Source: Lysobacterales bacterium (GTDB taxonomy: Bacteria; Pseudomonadota; Gammaproteobacteria; Steroidobacterales; Steroidobacteraceae). From it: 49,418 nt of DNA. The notes beneath the pieces are model-generated. The model ran no database searches. It was not told the origin of the DNA and saw only the letters and a program-made list of their open reading frames with translations. Where the stretch lies: NCBI GenBank assembly GCA_003819815.1, contig RPQJ01000018.1, positions 1 to 49,418 on the forward strand, given 5' to 3'. Position numbers and translations under genes: made by a program. Of the stretch, positions 28,318-37,763 are shown one piece after another (position 1 is the first letter of the stretch; each line of letters opens with the position of its first letter).

Positions 28318-29096
28318 GGGCCGGGCCTGCGGAACCGGTACACGAACTGGTCGCTCTTCCCGCGTATCGCGGGATCGAACACGGGCTTCGTGTGATCGTC
28401 GTCCTTGCGCGCGAGCACTTCGCTTTCGGCCTCGAAGGCGAACCCGGCACGCTCGAAGTCCCGGCGCACGACGGACGGATGGATGCGATGCAGTTCGCCC
28501 ACCAGCTTCGACGTGTCGCCGTCGGTCGCGGCCACGTGGTCCTGCACGACGACCACGGCACCCGGCTTCAGCGCCGCGTGCAGCTTCGCGAGCAGCACGG
28601 CGGGATCGGTCGGCGGCCAGGAGCCGTCCGACGGACGCCAGTACAGATCGTGGTACGACATCACGAAGAGCGCCGCATCGAGGCTCGCCGGTGGGAGCTC
28701 GAGGTCCTCGAGGGTCGCGGTCACCTGCCGCACGTTCCGCAGCCGGCCCGCGGCGTAGCGCTCGGCGATCGCCTTCTCGGCGTAGCGCGCGTACGGCGGA
28801 TTGTTGTAGGCGATCACCTCGCCCTGCGGGCCAACGGCGCGCGACAGCAGCTCCGTGTACCAGCCACCCGCCGAAAACACGTCGATCACACGCATCCCGG
28901 GCTCCACACCGAGCAAGGCGAGCACCGCCGCGGGCTTGCGCCGCGCGTCCTCCTCGCGGTCGGCCGCCGGCCGATCCGTGTCTGCAATCGCCGCAATGAC
29001 CGCGGAATCGGGCTTCACGGGCGCATTCTCCGCGCTCGCGGTCCCGGACGCGAACGCCAGCAACGCGAGCGAGGCGTGTGTCAGAATTCCGTACAT
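28314..29096 (-). CDS. signal-peptide-bearing class I SAM-dependent methyltransferase-like protein (COG4798-like), copy 2
   Basis: The ATG at 29096 is preceded by AGGAGA. Signal peptide MYGILTHASLALLAFASGTASA. Motif I-like VIDVFSAGGWYT. ALKPGAVVVV. Shares its layout with 12199-13083. Confidence 0.75.
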   Translation of the reverse strand: MYGILTHASLALLAFASGTASAENAPVKPDSAVIAAIADTDRPAADREEDARRKPAAVLALLGVEPGMRVIDVFSAGGWYTELLSRAVGPQGEVIAYNNPPYARYAEKAIAERYAAGRLRNVRQVTATLEDLELPPASLDAALFVMSYHDLYWRPSDGSWPPTDPAVLLAKLHAALKPGAVVVVQDHVAATDGDTSKLVGELHRIHPSVVRRDFERAGFAFEAESEVLARKDDDHTKPVFDPAIRGKSDQFVYRFRRPGP

Positions 29097-29205
29097 CGTC
29101 CGTCTCCTGTTCTCCCACACGGCGTCGACGCGCTTCGCCGGCTGGTCACGTGCCGGGGCCTGCCTAGACTAATCGAAGCGTCGGAAGGATCCGAGGTTCC
29201 CCACC

Positions 29206-29982
29206 GTGCTCGACCCTGCTGCCGATCCCGACCCGCCTCCCGTGACGTCGCAAGACCACACCGGATGGTGCCTGTTCCTGGACGTGGACGGCACGCTGCT
29301 CGAGATCGCGCCCACGCCCGACGCCGTGCGTGTCACCGAGCCGCTGCTCGAACTGCTCGAGCGCACCCGGGACTCGATGCAGGGTGCCGCCGCGCTCGTG
29401 AGCGGGCGATCCATCGCAACGGTCGACGAGCTCTTCGCGCCCCTGCGCTGGCCCGTCGCGGGCCTGCACGGCCTCGAGCGCCGCGACGCCGCCGGCCGCA
29501 TGCACGTCGCGCCCGCGACGACCGATCGTGCATTCGAGGCTGCGCGTGCCGCGCTCGCGGAGATCGCGGCCGCCACGCCCGGCGCGCTGTTCGAGGACAA
29601 GGGACCTACGGTCGCGCTGCACTGGCGGGCCGTCCCCGAGCTCGAGGCCGAGCTGCGCCGCAGGCTGCGACCGATAGCGCAGCGGCTCGGCCCGGCGTAC
29701 CAGTCGCTCGAAGGCCGCCGCGTGTTCGAGATCAAGCCGGCGACGGCGTCCAAGGGGTCCGCCATCCGCGCGTTCCTCGCGGAACCGCCTTTCCTCGGAC
29801 GCCGCCCGATGTTCGTCGGCGACGACGTGACCGACCTCGACGGCTTCGCCGTCGTCGATGACCTGGGCGGATTGTCGGTCGCGGTGGGCGACGCCGTCGA
29901 GGCGCAGATGCGCGTCGCCTCGCCGCGGGACGTGCGCGCGTTGCTCGCCGACCTCGCCGAGGGCCGACCCGTGGTTCCATGA
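29206..29982 (+). CDS. otsB: trehalose-6-phosphate phosphatase
   Basis: HAD motif I FLDVDGTLLEIAPTPD, plus SGRS and GDDVTD. Positioned in an otsB-GH15-otsA arrangement. Confidence 0.88.
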   Translation: MLDPAADPDPPPVTSQDHTGWCLFLDVDGTLLEIAPTPDAVRVTEPLLELLERTRDSMQGAAALVSGRSIATVDELFAPLRWPVAGLHGLERRDAAGRMHVAPATTDRAFEAARAALAEIAAATPGALFEDKGPTVALHWRAVPELEAELRRRLRPIAQRLGPAYQSLEGRRVFEIKPATASKGSAIRAFLAEPPFLGRRPMFVGDDVTDLDGFAVVDDLGGLSVAVGDAVEAQMRVASPRDVRALLADLAEGRPVVP

Positions 29983-31775
29983 CCGTCGCGCAGCGAAACC
30001 TCGACCTTGGCGTGATCGGCAACTGCCAGATCGCGCTGCTTCTCGATGAGGACGCGACGGTCGTCTGGGGCTGCCTGCCGCGGCTCGACGGGGATCCCGT
30101 GTTCCACGCCCTGCTCGACTCAGATCACGCCGAGGAGGCGGGCGGACTGTACGCCGTGGACCTGCAGGGCAAGGTCACCTCGACGCAGCAGTACCTGCGC
30201 AACACCGCGATCCTCGAGACCGTGCTCGCCGACGCGGCCGGCAACCGACTGCGCGTCGTCGACTTCTGCCCCCGCTTTCGCCTGCGCGGCCGCATCTACC
30301 GGCCCGCGACGATGGTGCGCCTGATCGAGCCGCTGTCGGGGCGCCCGGTCGTGCGGCTCCGGGTCCGCCCGCGGTTCGACTACGGCGCGCGCGCCCCGCA
30401 GGTCGAGCCGGGCTCGCACCACGTCGCCTGGCGCGGCAGCGACGCGGCCTTCCGCATCACGACCAACGCGTCCCTGAACGCGATCCTGCAGGAAACGCCG
30501 TTCGTCCTGGACGGGCCCGTCGCGCTGATCCTCGGGCCCGACCAGCGGGTCGAGGAACCGCCGCTCGCCCTCGCCCACACGTACCTCGAGGAGACGCGGG
30601 ACTACTGGGACGAATACGTCCGCAGCCTGGCGATCCCGTTCGAGTGGCAGGACGCGGTCATCCGCGCCGCGATCTCGCTCAAGCTCTGCACCTACGAGGA
30701 CACGGGTGCGGTGGTCGCCGCGCTCACGACGTCCGTGCCCGAGAGCCCGACCAGCGGACGCAACTGGGACTACCGCTACTGCTGGCTGCGCGACGCCTGG
30801 TTCGTCATCCACGCGCTGAACCGGCTCGGCCAGACGCGCACGATGGAGGGCTACCTGCGGTTCATCGACCGCATCTCCGTCTGCGACGGCCAGGCCGTCG
30901 GCCCTCTGTACTCCGTGACGGGGGAACGCGAGATCCCCGAGCGCGTCGTATCGTCGCTGCGCGGCTACCGCGGCATGGGGCCCGTGCGCGTCGGCAACCG
31001 CGCGTGGCTGCAGCGCCAGAACGACGTCTACGGCGCGATCGTGCTCGCCTCGGCGCACTCGTTCTTCGACGAGCGGCTCACGAACCTCGGCGACGAGGTG
31101 CAATTCGCCCAGCTCGAGCGCATGGGCGAGCGGGCGCTCGCTGTGCACGACACGCCCGACGCGGGCCCCTGGGAGTTCCGCGGCTTCGAGCAGGTGCACA
31201 CCTTCTCCGCCGCGATGTGCTGGGCCGGCGTGGACCGGCTCGCGCGGATCGCACAACGGCTCGGACTCGACGAGCGCGCCCGCTACTGGCTCGAGGCCTC
31301 GGCGCGGCTGCGCACGCACGTCCTCGAGCATGCGTGGAACCCCGGCATCGGCGCGTACTCCGCGAGCTACGCCGGCGAGCATCTCGACGCAACGGCGCTG
31401 CTGCTGCCCGAGCTCGGGCTCGTGCAGGCGACCGACCCGCGCTTCGCTTCGACGCTCGCTGCCATCGAGACCGGCCTCAAGTCGGGCGACTGGCTGTACC
31501 GGTACCGGCATGGCGACGACTTCGGCCGGCCCGAGACGGCCTTCACCATCTGCGCATTCTGGTACGTCAACGCACTTGCGCTCGCCGGGCGGACCGACGA
31601 GGCGCGCGACCACTTCGAGCGGCTGCTCGCGAGCCGCACTCGGCTCGGACTGCTGTCGGAGGACGTGGACCCCGCCACCGGCGAGTGGTGGGGCAACTTT
31701 CCGCAGACGTACAGCCTGGTCGGCATCATCAACTCGGCGATCCGGCTGAGCCGTCCCTGGGAGGACGTCGTGTGA
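29979..31775 (+). CDS. GH15 glucoamylase/trehalase-like glycoside hydrolase
   Basis: The ATG overlaps the otsB stop (ATGA). LDLGVIGNCQIALLLD N-terminus and the ...WDYRYCWLRDA... motif are typical of bacterial GH15. Confidence 0.87.
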   Translation: MTVAQRNLDLGVIGNCQIALLLDEDATVVWGCLPRLDGDPVFHALLDSDHAEEAGGLYAVDLQGKVTSTQQYLRNTAILETVLADAAGNRLRVVDFCPRFRLRGRIYRPATMVRLIEPLSGRPVVRLRVRPRFDYGARAPQVEPGSHHVAWRGSDAAFRITTNASLNAILQETPFVLDGPVALILGPDQRVEEPPLALAHTYLEETRDYWDEYVRSLAIPFEWQDAVIRAAISLKLCTYEDTGAVVAALTTSVPESPTSGRNWDYRYCWLRDAWFVIHALNRLGQTRTMEGYLRFIDRISVCDGQAVGPLYSVTGEREIPERVVSSLRGYRGMGPVRVGNRAWLQRQNDVYGAIVLASAHSFFDERLTNLGDEVQFAQLERMGERALAVHDTPDAGPWEFRGFEQVHTFSAAMCWAGVDRLARIAQRLGLDERARYWLEASARLRTHVLEHAWNPGIGAYSASYAGEHLDATALLLPELGLVQATDPRFASTLAAIETGLKSGDWLYRYRHGDDFGRPETAFTICAFWYVNALALAGRTDEARDHFERLLASRTRLGLLSEDVDPATGEWWGNFPQTYSLVGIINSAIRLSRPWEDVV

Positions 31776-33175
31776 GTCGGCTCTTCGCGATCTCTAACCG
31801 CGTGACGATTCCGCAGCGGGCGGCGGCGCCGGGCGGCCTCGCGGTCGGGTTGCTCGCGGCGCTGCGCGCCCGCGGCGGAGTGTGGTTCGGCTGGAGCGGC
31901 GAGCGATCGGAGGGCGAGCCCGCACCGGCCGCCCTGCTCGAGCGCCGCGGCATTACCTACGCGACCATCGACCTGCCCTCCGGGGACTTCGACGCCTACT
32001 ACGGCGGCTACTGCAACGGCACGCTGTGGCCGCTGTTCCACTACTTCGTCAACTCGCTGCAGTACTCGGGAGAGCAATACGCGGCCTACCTTCGCGTGAA
32101 CGCGCTCTTCGCTGATCGCGTGCTGCCGCTGCTCGAGGACGACGACCTCGTCTGGGTGCACGACTACCACCTCATCCCGCTCGCGGGCGAACTGCGCGCC
32201 CGGGGGGTGACGCAGCCGCTCGGTTTCTTCCTGCATACGCCCTTCCCGCACGTCGAGGTGCTGCGCGCGCTGCCCGGCTACGAGTCGCTCGTGCACGGAC
32301 TGCTCGCGTACGACCTGCTCGGCTTCCAGACCGCGCGCGACCTCGCGTCGTTCCAGTCCGCCGCGGCCGAATTGCTCGGGGCCGCCGCGGTACGCGCGAC
32401 GAGCACCGTCGTTCAGGAAGACGGGCGCCAGGCGCGCCTCGGGGTCTTTCCGATCGGCGTGGACGTCGACGCCATCCAGAAGGCCGCCCGACGCTCGCGG
32501 TCGTCGGAGACCGTCCGGCGCATGTCCGCCGGCCTGCTCGGGCGACGCTGCGTTATCGGCGTCGACCGCCTCGACTACAGCAAGGGGCTCGTCGACCGCT
32601 TCCTCGCCTACGAGCGACTGATGGAGCGCCACCGCGAGCACCTGAACAAGGTGACCTTCCTGCAGATCGCGCCGCTGAGCCGCGCCAACCTGCGCGCGTA
32701 CGCCGACATACGCCGCAACCTGGAGCAGTCAGCGGGACGCATCAACGGCCGGTTCGCCGAGACCGACTGGACGCCGATCCGCTACCTGAACCGCAACTTC
32801 TCGCACGAAGTGATGACGGGGTTCCTGCGCAACGCCGCCGTCGGCGTGGTGACCCCGATGCGCGACGGCATGAACCTCGTCGCGAAGGAGTACGTCGCCG
32901 CGCAGGATCCCGAGGAGCCCGGCGTGCTCGTGCTCTCGACGCTCGCGGGGGCCGCCGAGGAGCTGCGCGGCGCACTGCTCGTCAATCCGCGCGACGCCGT
33001 CGGGGTGGCCGACGCGATCGACTGCGCTCTCGCGATGCCGCTCGCGGAGCGGCGCTCGCGTCATGCGGCGATGCTCGAGATACTGCAGCGCAGCGACATC
33101 CACGCGTGGCACGAGCGGTTCCTCGGCCAACTCGCACGGTCTCGGTCGTCCACGATGGCACCAGCCGACGGCTAG
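31772..33175 (+). CDS. otsA: alpha,alpha-trehalose-phosphate synthase (UDP-forming)
   Basis: The GTG overlaps the GH15 stop (GTGA). Motifs: RLFAISNR, YYGGYCNGTLWPLFHY, VWVHDYHLIPL, RDGMNLVAKEY. Confidence 0.9.
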   Translation: MSRLFAISNRVTIPQRAAAPGGLAVGLLAALRARGGVWFGWSGERSEGEPAPAALLERRGITYATIDLPSGDFDAYYGGYCNGTLWPLFHYFVNSLQYSGEQYAAYLRVNALFADRVLPLLEDDDLVWVHDYHLIPLAGELRARGVTQPLGFFLHTPFPHVEVLRALPGYESLVHGLLAYDLLGFQTARDLASFQSAAAELLGAAAVRATSTVVQEDGRQARLGVFPIGVDVDAIQKAARRSRSSETVRRMSAGLLGRRCVIGVDRLDYSKGLVDRFLAYERLMERHREHLNKVTFLQIAPLSRANLRAYADIRRNLEQSAGRINGRFAETDWTPIRYLNRNFSHEVMTGFLRNAAVGVVTPMRDGMNLVAKEYVAAQDPEEPGVLVLSTLAGAAEELRGALLVNPRDAVGVADAIDCALAMPLAERRSRHAAMLEILQRSDIHAWHERFLGQLARSRSSTMAPADG

Positions 33176-33226
33176 CGCCTATAGTCGCCCGACAACCAGG
33201 CGGCCGCACAGCCACTGCGGGGGACC

Positions 33227-34981
33227 ATGAACGAGACGAGCGGCGGCGAAATTCTCGCCCGGATGCTGCAGGCCGAGGGCGTCGAGAAGGTCTTCGGAAT
33301 CATCGACGGCACCTACTTCGGCTTCTATTCGAGCCTGCACCGGCTCGGCATCGAGATCGTGACGCCTCGGCACGAGACCTGCGCCGCGCACATGGCTGGA
33401 GCGTACGCACGGCTGACCGGCAGGCTCGGCGTGTGCATGGCCTCGAACGGACCCGGTGTCGCCAACCTGTTGCCCGGCCTCGCGGTCGAGAACGCCGAGG
33501 GAAACCGGGTGCTCGCGATCACGAGCTGCCGCCGACCACAGATCGTCTACCCGGACCGCGGCGGCGCCTACCAGGCATTCGACCAGGTGGGAGCGATCAA
33601 GCACCTCGCCAAGTGGAGCCAGGCCGTCGTGTCGTTCGACCGCGTTCCGGAACTGTGCCGCCAGGCGCTGCGCCACTGCTGGGAGGGTCGGCCGGGCGTC
33701 GTGCACCTCGACGTGCCCGAAACGATCATGAACGGCAAGGTGAAGGCGTCCATACCGACCTGGAAACCGCACCAGTACCGCCGCGTCGAGCCGGTCGTCC
33801 CGTCGCCGGCCCAGGTCGAGCGCGCGGCCGAGCTGCTCGCGGCCGCGGAGCTGCCGATGATCCACGCCGGCAGCGGCGTGATCCACGCGGGCGCCTACGA
33901 CGAGCTGCGCCGCGTCGCCGAGCTGCTGCACGCGCCGGTCACCACCAGCTGGGCCGCGCGCGGCGTGCTGCCCGAAACGAACGAGCTCGCGATCCCGATG
34001 CCGCAGGTCAAGCTGAACCACGTCGTGCGCAACGACGCGGACGTCGTGCTGATCGTCGGCTCGCGCGTCGGCGAGACCGACTGGTGGGGCAAGGCGCCCT
34101 ACTGGCGGTCGCCCTCGGAGCAGCGCACGGTGCAGGTCGACGTCGACGGGCATGTGCTCGGCTCGAACAAGCCGGCCGAGGTCAATGCGCTTGCCGACGC
34201 CCGGCTCTTCCTCGCGGCGCTGGCGGAGCGGCTCGAGGCGCGTGGCGGCGGCACGAACCTCGAGGCACGACGGCGCCAGGTTGCGCGCTACCGCGACACG
34301 ATTCGGGCCGAGCGCGCGAAGCTCGACGAGAAGCTCGACGACCTCGCCGTGCCGATGAACCCGGCCCACGTCGCGCACGTGTGCCAGCGCGTCTTCCCTG
34401 AGGGCACGGTGCTCGTCGCGGACGGCGGCAACACCGCGGTCTGGGCGATGATGTTCCACGAGTGCCGCGTGCCGAACAGGTTGCTGTCGACCTTCAAGTT
34501 CGGGATGCTCGGCGCCGGCGTCGCGCAGGCGCTCGGTGCGGCCGTCGCGCGGCCGGGCGCGCCGGTATGCTGCATCATCGGCGACGGCGCGATGGGATTC
34601 CACCCGCAGGAAGTCGAGACGGCGGTGAGGAACGGCCTGCGGGTCGTCTTCCTGGTCCTCTGCGACAAGCAGTGGGGCATGGTGAAGATGAACCAGCAGT
34701 TCGCGCTCAAGCCGCTCAAGACGCTGATCCGCAAGTCGCTCGGACCCGACGAGACGATCAAGGCCGATCTCGGCGAGATCCGCTTCGACGAACTCGCGCG
34801 CTCGATGGGCGCGCACGGCGAGCGCGTCGCCGACCCGCGCGAGCTCGCGCCGGCGCTCGAGCGAGCGCTCGCGAGCGGCGGCCCGGCGGTGGTCCACGTC
34901 GACGTCGACCCGGTCAAGCACATGTGGGCCCCGGGCCTCATGCACTTCAAGGACATGCACCAGGAACCGAAGGGCAGATGA
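33227..34981 (+). CDS. thiamine-diphosphate-dependent enzyme of the acetolactate synthase / 2-hydroxyacyl-CoA lyase / oxalyl-CoA decarboxylase superfamily; substrate unknown
   Basis: N-terminal PYR domain GEILARMLQAEGVEKVFGI.DG....GPGVANLLPGLA. C-terminal TPP-binding motif IIGDGAMGFHPQEVETAVRNGLRVVFLVLCD. Confidence 0.86.
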   Translation: MNETSGGEILARMLQAEGVEKVFGIIDGTYFGFYSSLHRLGIEIVTPRHETCAAHMAGAYARLTGRLGVCMASNGPGVANLLPGLAVENAEGNRVLAITSCRRPQIVYPDRGGAYQAFDQVGAIKHLAKWSQAVVSFDRVPELCRQALRHCWEGRPGVVHLDVPETIMNGKVKASIPTWKPHQYRRVEPVVPSPAQVERAAELLAAAELPMIHAGSGVIHAGAYDELRRVAELLHAPVTTSWAARGVLPETNELAIPMPQVKLNHVVRNDADVVLIVGSRVGETDWWGKAPYWRSPSEQRTVQVDVDGHVLGSNKPAEVNALADARLFLAALAERLEARGGGTNLEARRRQVARYRDTIRAERAKLDEKLDDLAVPMNPAHVAHVCQRVFPEGTVLVADGGNTAVWAMMFHECRVPNRLLSTFKFGMLGAGVAQALGAAVARPGAPVCCIIGDGAMGFHPQEVETAVRNGLRVVFLVLCDKQWGMVKMNQQFALKPLKTLIRKSLGPDETIKADLGEIRFDELARSMGAHGERVADPRELAPALERALASGGPAVVHVDVDPVKHMWAPGLMHFKDMHQEPKGR

Positions 34982-35895
34982 ACGAGATCGACGCGGTCCG
35001 GCTGAACTTCAGCCCGGAATCGCTGATCGCGCTCGACGTCATCCTCGCGCTGGTGCTTTACGGCGTCGCGCTCGACATCCGCCTCGCGGACTTCAAGGGC
35101 GTCGCCTCGGCGCCGCGCGGCACCGTGATCGGCATCGTCGCGCACTCGATCCTGCTGCCGGCCGTCGCGTGGGCGCTCACGATGGTGCTCGACCCCTCGC
35201 CCAGCATCGCGCTCGGCATGATCCTCGTCGCCTCGTGCCCGAGCGGCAACATCTCGAACTTCCTCGTGAACTACGCGCGGGGCAACACGGCGCTGTCGGT
35301 CACCATCGCGGCGTTCTCGATGAGCGGCTCGATCTTCTTCACGCCGTTCAACCTCGCGTTCTGGGGCGGCCTCAATCCCGCGACGCGCCCGATCCTGCAG
35401 GCCGTCGCGCTGAGCCCGTGGGAAGTGCTCGGTACGGTGGTCGTGCTGCTCGGCGTGCCGACCGTGCTCGGCATCTGGACGGCGCACCGCTGGCCCGGTT
35501 TCGCGGCGCGCGTGCGCCGGCCGTTCCGGTGGCTGTCGATCGCGTTCTTTGCGGCGTTCGTCGTGGGCGCGCTCGTCGCGAACTGGGATTTCTTCCTGCG
35601 CTACACGCACCGCGTCGTGGCGTTCGTGTTCCTGCTGAACGCCTTCGCGCTCGCGACGGGTTATTACACCGCGCGGCTCGCGGGGCTCCCGGAGGCGGAC
35701 CGACGCGCCGTGTCGCTCGAGGTCGGCATCCAGAACTCGGGCTTCGGGCTCGCGCTCGTCTTCAATTTCTTCGGCGGCCTCGGCGGCATGGCCGTCGTCG
35801 CGGCCTGGTGGGGCATCTGGCACCTGATCGCCGGGATCACGGTCTCGACGTGGTGGCGCCGGCGTCCACCGGTGGCGGCCGGAGCCATGGCATGA
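34978..35895 (+). CDS. bile acid:Na+ symporter (BASS) family transporter
   Basis: The ATG overlaps the TPP-enzyme stop (ATGA). About 9-10 TM segments. CPSGNISNF and EVGIQNSGFGLAL motifs are typical of BASS/SBF. Confidence 0.85.
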   Translation: MNEIDAVRLNFSPESLIALDVILALVLYGVALDIRLADFKGVASAPRGTVIGIVAHSILLPAVAWALTMVLDPSPSIALGMILVASCPSGNISNFLVNYARGNTALSVTIAAFSMSGSIFFTPFNLAFWGGLNPATRPILQAVALSPWEVLGTVVVLLGVPTVLGIWTAHRWPGFAARVRRPFRWLSIAFFAAFVVGALVANWDFFLRYTHRVVAFVFLLNAFALATGYYTARLAGLPEADRRAVSLEVGIQNSGFGLALVFNFFGGLGGMAVVAAWWGIWHLIAGITVSTWWRRRPPVAAGAMA

Positions 35896-36866
35896 GCCCC
35901 GCGGTCCTCGTGACGGGCGCGGCGGGCTATCTCGGCAGCACGCTGGTCGAGTCGCTCGCGGCACGGCGGCAGGCGGGGAACGGGCCCACGCGCCTCGTCG
36001 CCACCGACGTGCGCGAGGTGCCCGCCGCGCAACGCCTCGCAGGCGTCGACTACCTGGTGCACGACGTCAGGAACGCCGGGCTCGGGGCCGAGCTTCGGGC
36101 GCGCGGCATCGACACCGTCGTGCACCTCGCCGCGATCGTGACGCCGGGCCCGGTGTCGAACCGTGAGCTCGAGTACGCAGTCGACGTGCAGGGCACGCGG
36201 AACGTGCTCGACGCGTGCCTCGAGGCCGGCGTGCGGCGACTCATCGTGACCTCGAGCGGCGCCGCGTACGGATATCACGCGGACAACCCCGCCTGGCTCA
36301 CCGAGGAGCACCCGGTGCGCGGCAATGCGGAGTTCGCGTACTCTCACCACAAGCGGCTGGTCGAGGAGATGCTCGCCGACGCACGTAGCCGTCACCCCGG
36401 GCTCGAGCAGGTCGTGTTCCGGGTCGGCACGATCCTCGGCGAGACCACGCGCAACCAGATCACGGCGCTCTTCGAGCGGCGGCGCCTGCTCGCGATACGC
36501 GGGGCGCCGAGCCCGTTCGTGCTCATCTGGGACCGCGACGTCGTCGGTGCCATCGAGCACGCGATCGACGGCGGGCCGTCCGGAATCTACAACGTCGCCG
36601 GCGACGGAGCCCTCACGCTCGCGCAGATCGCCGCGCGGCTCGGCAAGCCGCTCGTCACGGTGCCGGCCAGCGTGCTGCGCGCCGTGCTCGCGTTGCTGCA
36701 TCCGCTCCGCCTCACGCGCTACGGGCCGGAGCAGGTCAATTTCCTCCGCTACCGGCCGGTGCTCGACAACCGCCGACTCAAGGAAACGTTCGGCTACGTG
36801 CCCCGCCTGACGTCGGCAGAGGTGTTCGAACTCTACTGTCGATCCCACGAGCTCGGTCCACGATGA
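35892..36866 (+). CDS. NAD-dependent epimerase/dehydratase-family (extended SDR) protein
   Basis: The ATG overlaps the transporter stop (ATGA). Motifs: VLVTGAAGYLGS, SSGAAYG, YSHHK (YxxxK). Confidence 0.85.
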   Translation: MSPAVLVTGAAGYLGSTLVESLAARRQAGNGPTRLVATDVREVPAAQRLAGVDYLVHDVRNAGLGAELRARGIDTVVHLAAIVTPGPVSNRELEYAVDVQGTRNVLDACLEAGVRRLIVTSSGAAYGYHADNPAWLTEEHPVRGNAEFAYSHHKRLVEEMLADARSRHPGLEQVVFRVGTILGETTRNQITALFERRRLLAIRGAPSPFVLIWDRDVVGAIEHAIDGGPSGIYNVAGDGALTLAQIAARLGKPLVTVPASVLRAVLALLHPLRLTRYGPEQVNFLRYRPVLDNRRLKETFGYVPRLTSAEVFELYCRSHELGPR

Positions 36867-37681
36867 AACTTCCCCGCGCCTCTGGCGGCCGCGTCGTGGT
36901 CGTCACCGGGGCCGGCAGCGGGCTCGGCCGCGCGCTTGCGATGCGCTTCGCGGCGGCGGGCGACCGTATCGCCGCCCTCGACGTGGACGAAGCGGCGGTC
37001 GTCGCGCTTCGGGAAGAGCTCGGGGGCGCGAGTGCGGAATGTCTCGCCCTGCGCTGCGACGTGACCGACCCGGCCGCCTGCCGTCGCGCCATCGCGGCGA
37101 CGGTCGAGCGTTTCGGCGCGCTCGACGTGCTCGTGAACAATGCCGGGATCAGCCACCGCAGCCCGTTCGCGGCGACGCACCCGGACGTGATCCGCCGCGT
37201 GATGGACGTCAATTTCCATGGCGCCGTGCACTGCACGCACGCCGCGCTGCCGCAGCTCGTCGCCTCCCGCGGCCTCGTCGTCGCAATCTCGAGCGTGGCC
37301 GGCTACACGCCGCTCGTCGCCCGGACCGGCTACGCCGCGAGCAAGCACGCGCTGCACGGATTCTTCGACAGCCTGCGCTCGGAGGTCGAGCCGCAGGGCG
37401 TCGGCGTGTCGATCGTCTGCCCGTCGTTCGTCGCGACCGGCATCGATCGCAGCGCGCTCGGGGGTGACGGCGGTCCGCTCGCCAGCGCGAAGATCACGGT
37501 CGGCCGCCCGCTCGCCCCGGCCGAAGCCGCGGAACGGATCTACGCCGGGCTCGCGCGCCGCGAGCGGCTCGTGCTGGTCGGACGCACCGCCCGGCAGGCC
37601 TGGTGGCTGAGCCGCGTGGCGCCGCGGCTCTACGATCTGGTCATGCGCCGCCGTCTCGCCGGGGAAGTCGAGCGGCCCTGA
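36863..37681 (+). CDS. classical short-chain dehydrogenase/reductase
   Basis: The ATG overlaps the upstream stop (ATGA). Motifs: VVVTGAGSGLGRA, NNAG, SSVAG....YAASK. Confidence 0.88.
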   Translation: MKLPRASGGRVVVVTGAGSGLGRALAMRFAAAGDRIAALDVDEAAVVALREELGGASAECLALRCDVTDPAACRRAIAATVERFGALDVLVNNAGISHRSPFAATHPDVIRRVMDVNFHGAVHCTHAALPQLVASRGLVVAISSVAGYTPLVARTGYAASKHALHGFFDSLRSEVEPQGVGVSIVCPSFVATGIDRSALGGDGGPLASAKITVGRPLAPAEAAERIYAGLARRERLVLVGRTARQAWWLSRVAPRLYDLVMRRRLAGEVERP

Positions 37682-37763
37682 GCGGGCCCGAGCGAGCCGC
37701 GGTGGCCCGCGCTATGCTTGGCGCGACACGGGCGGCTGGGGCCGCCCTGCTCGGGGGAGGCCC

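Noticed and set aside
27553-33175. Idea that the sulfotransferase-like gene plus otsBA form a mycobacterial-type trehalose-sulfolipid (Stf0-like) locus
   Set aside because: The sulfotransferase-like gene is on the opposite strand, in an operon coupled to an aminotransferase. Its N-terminal motif and length pattern do not resemble Stf0 as I remember it. No PAPS-synthesis, Pks or MmpL genes are present. It is kept only as a remote possibility under the broader findings.
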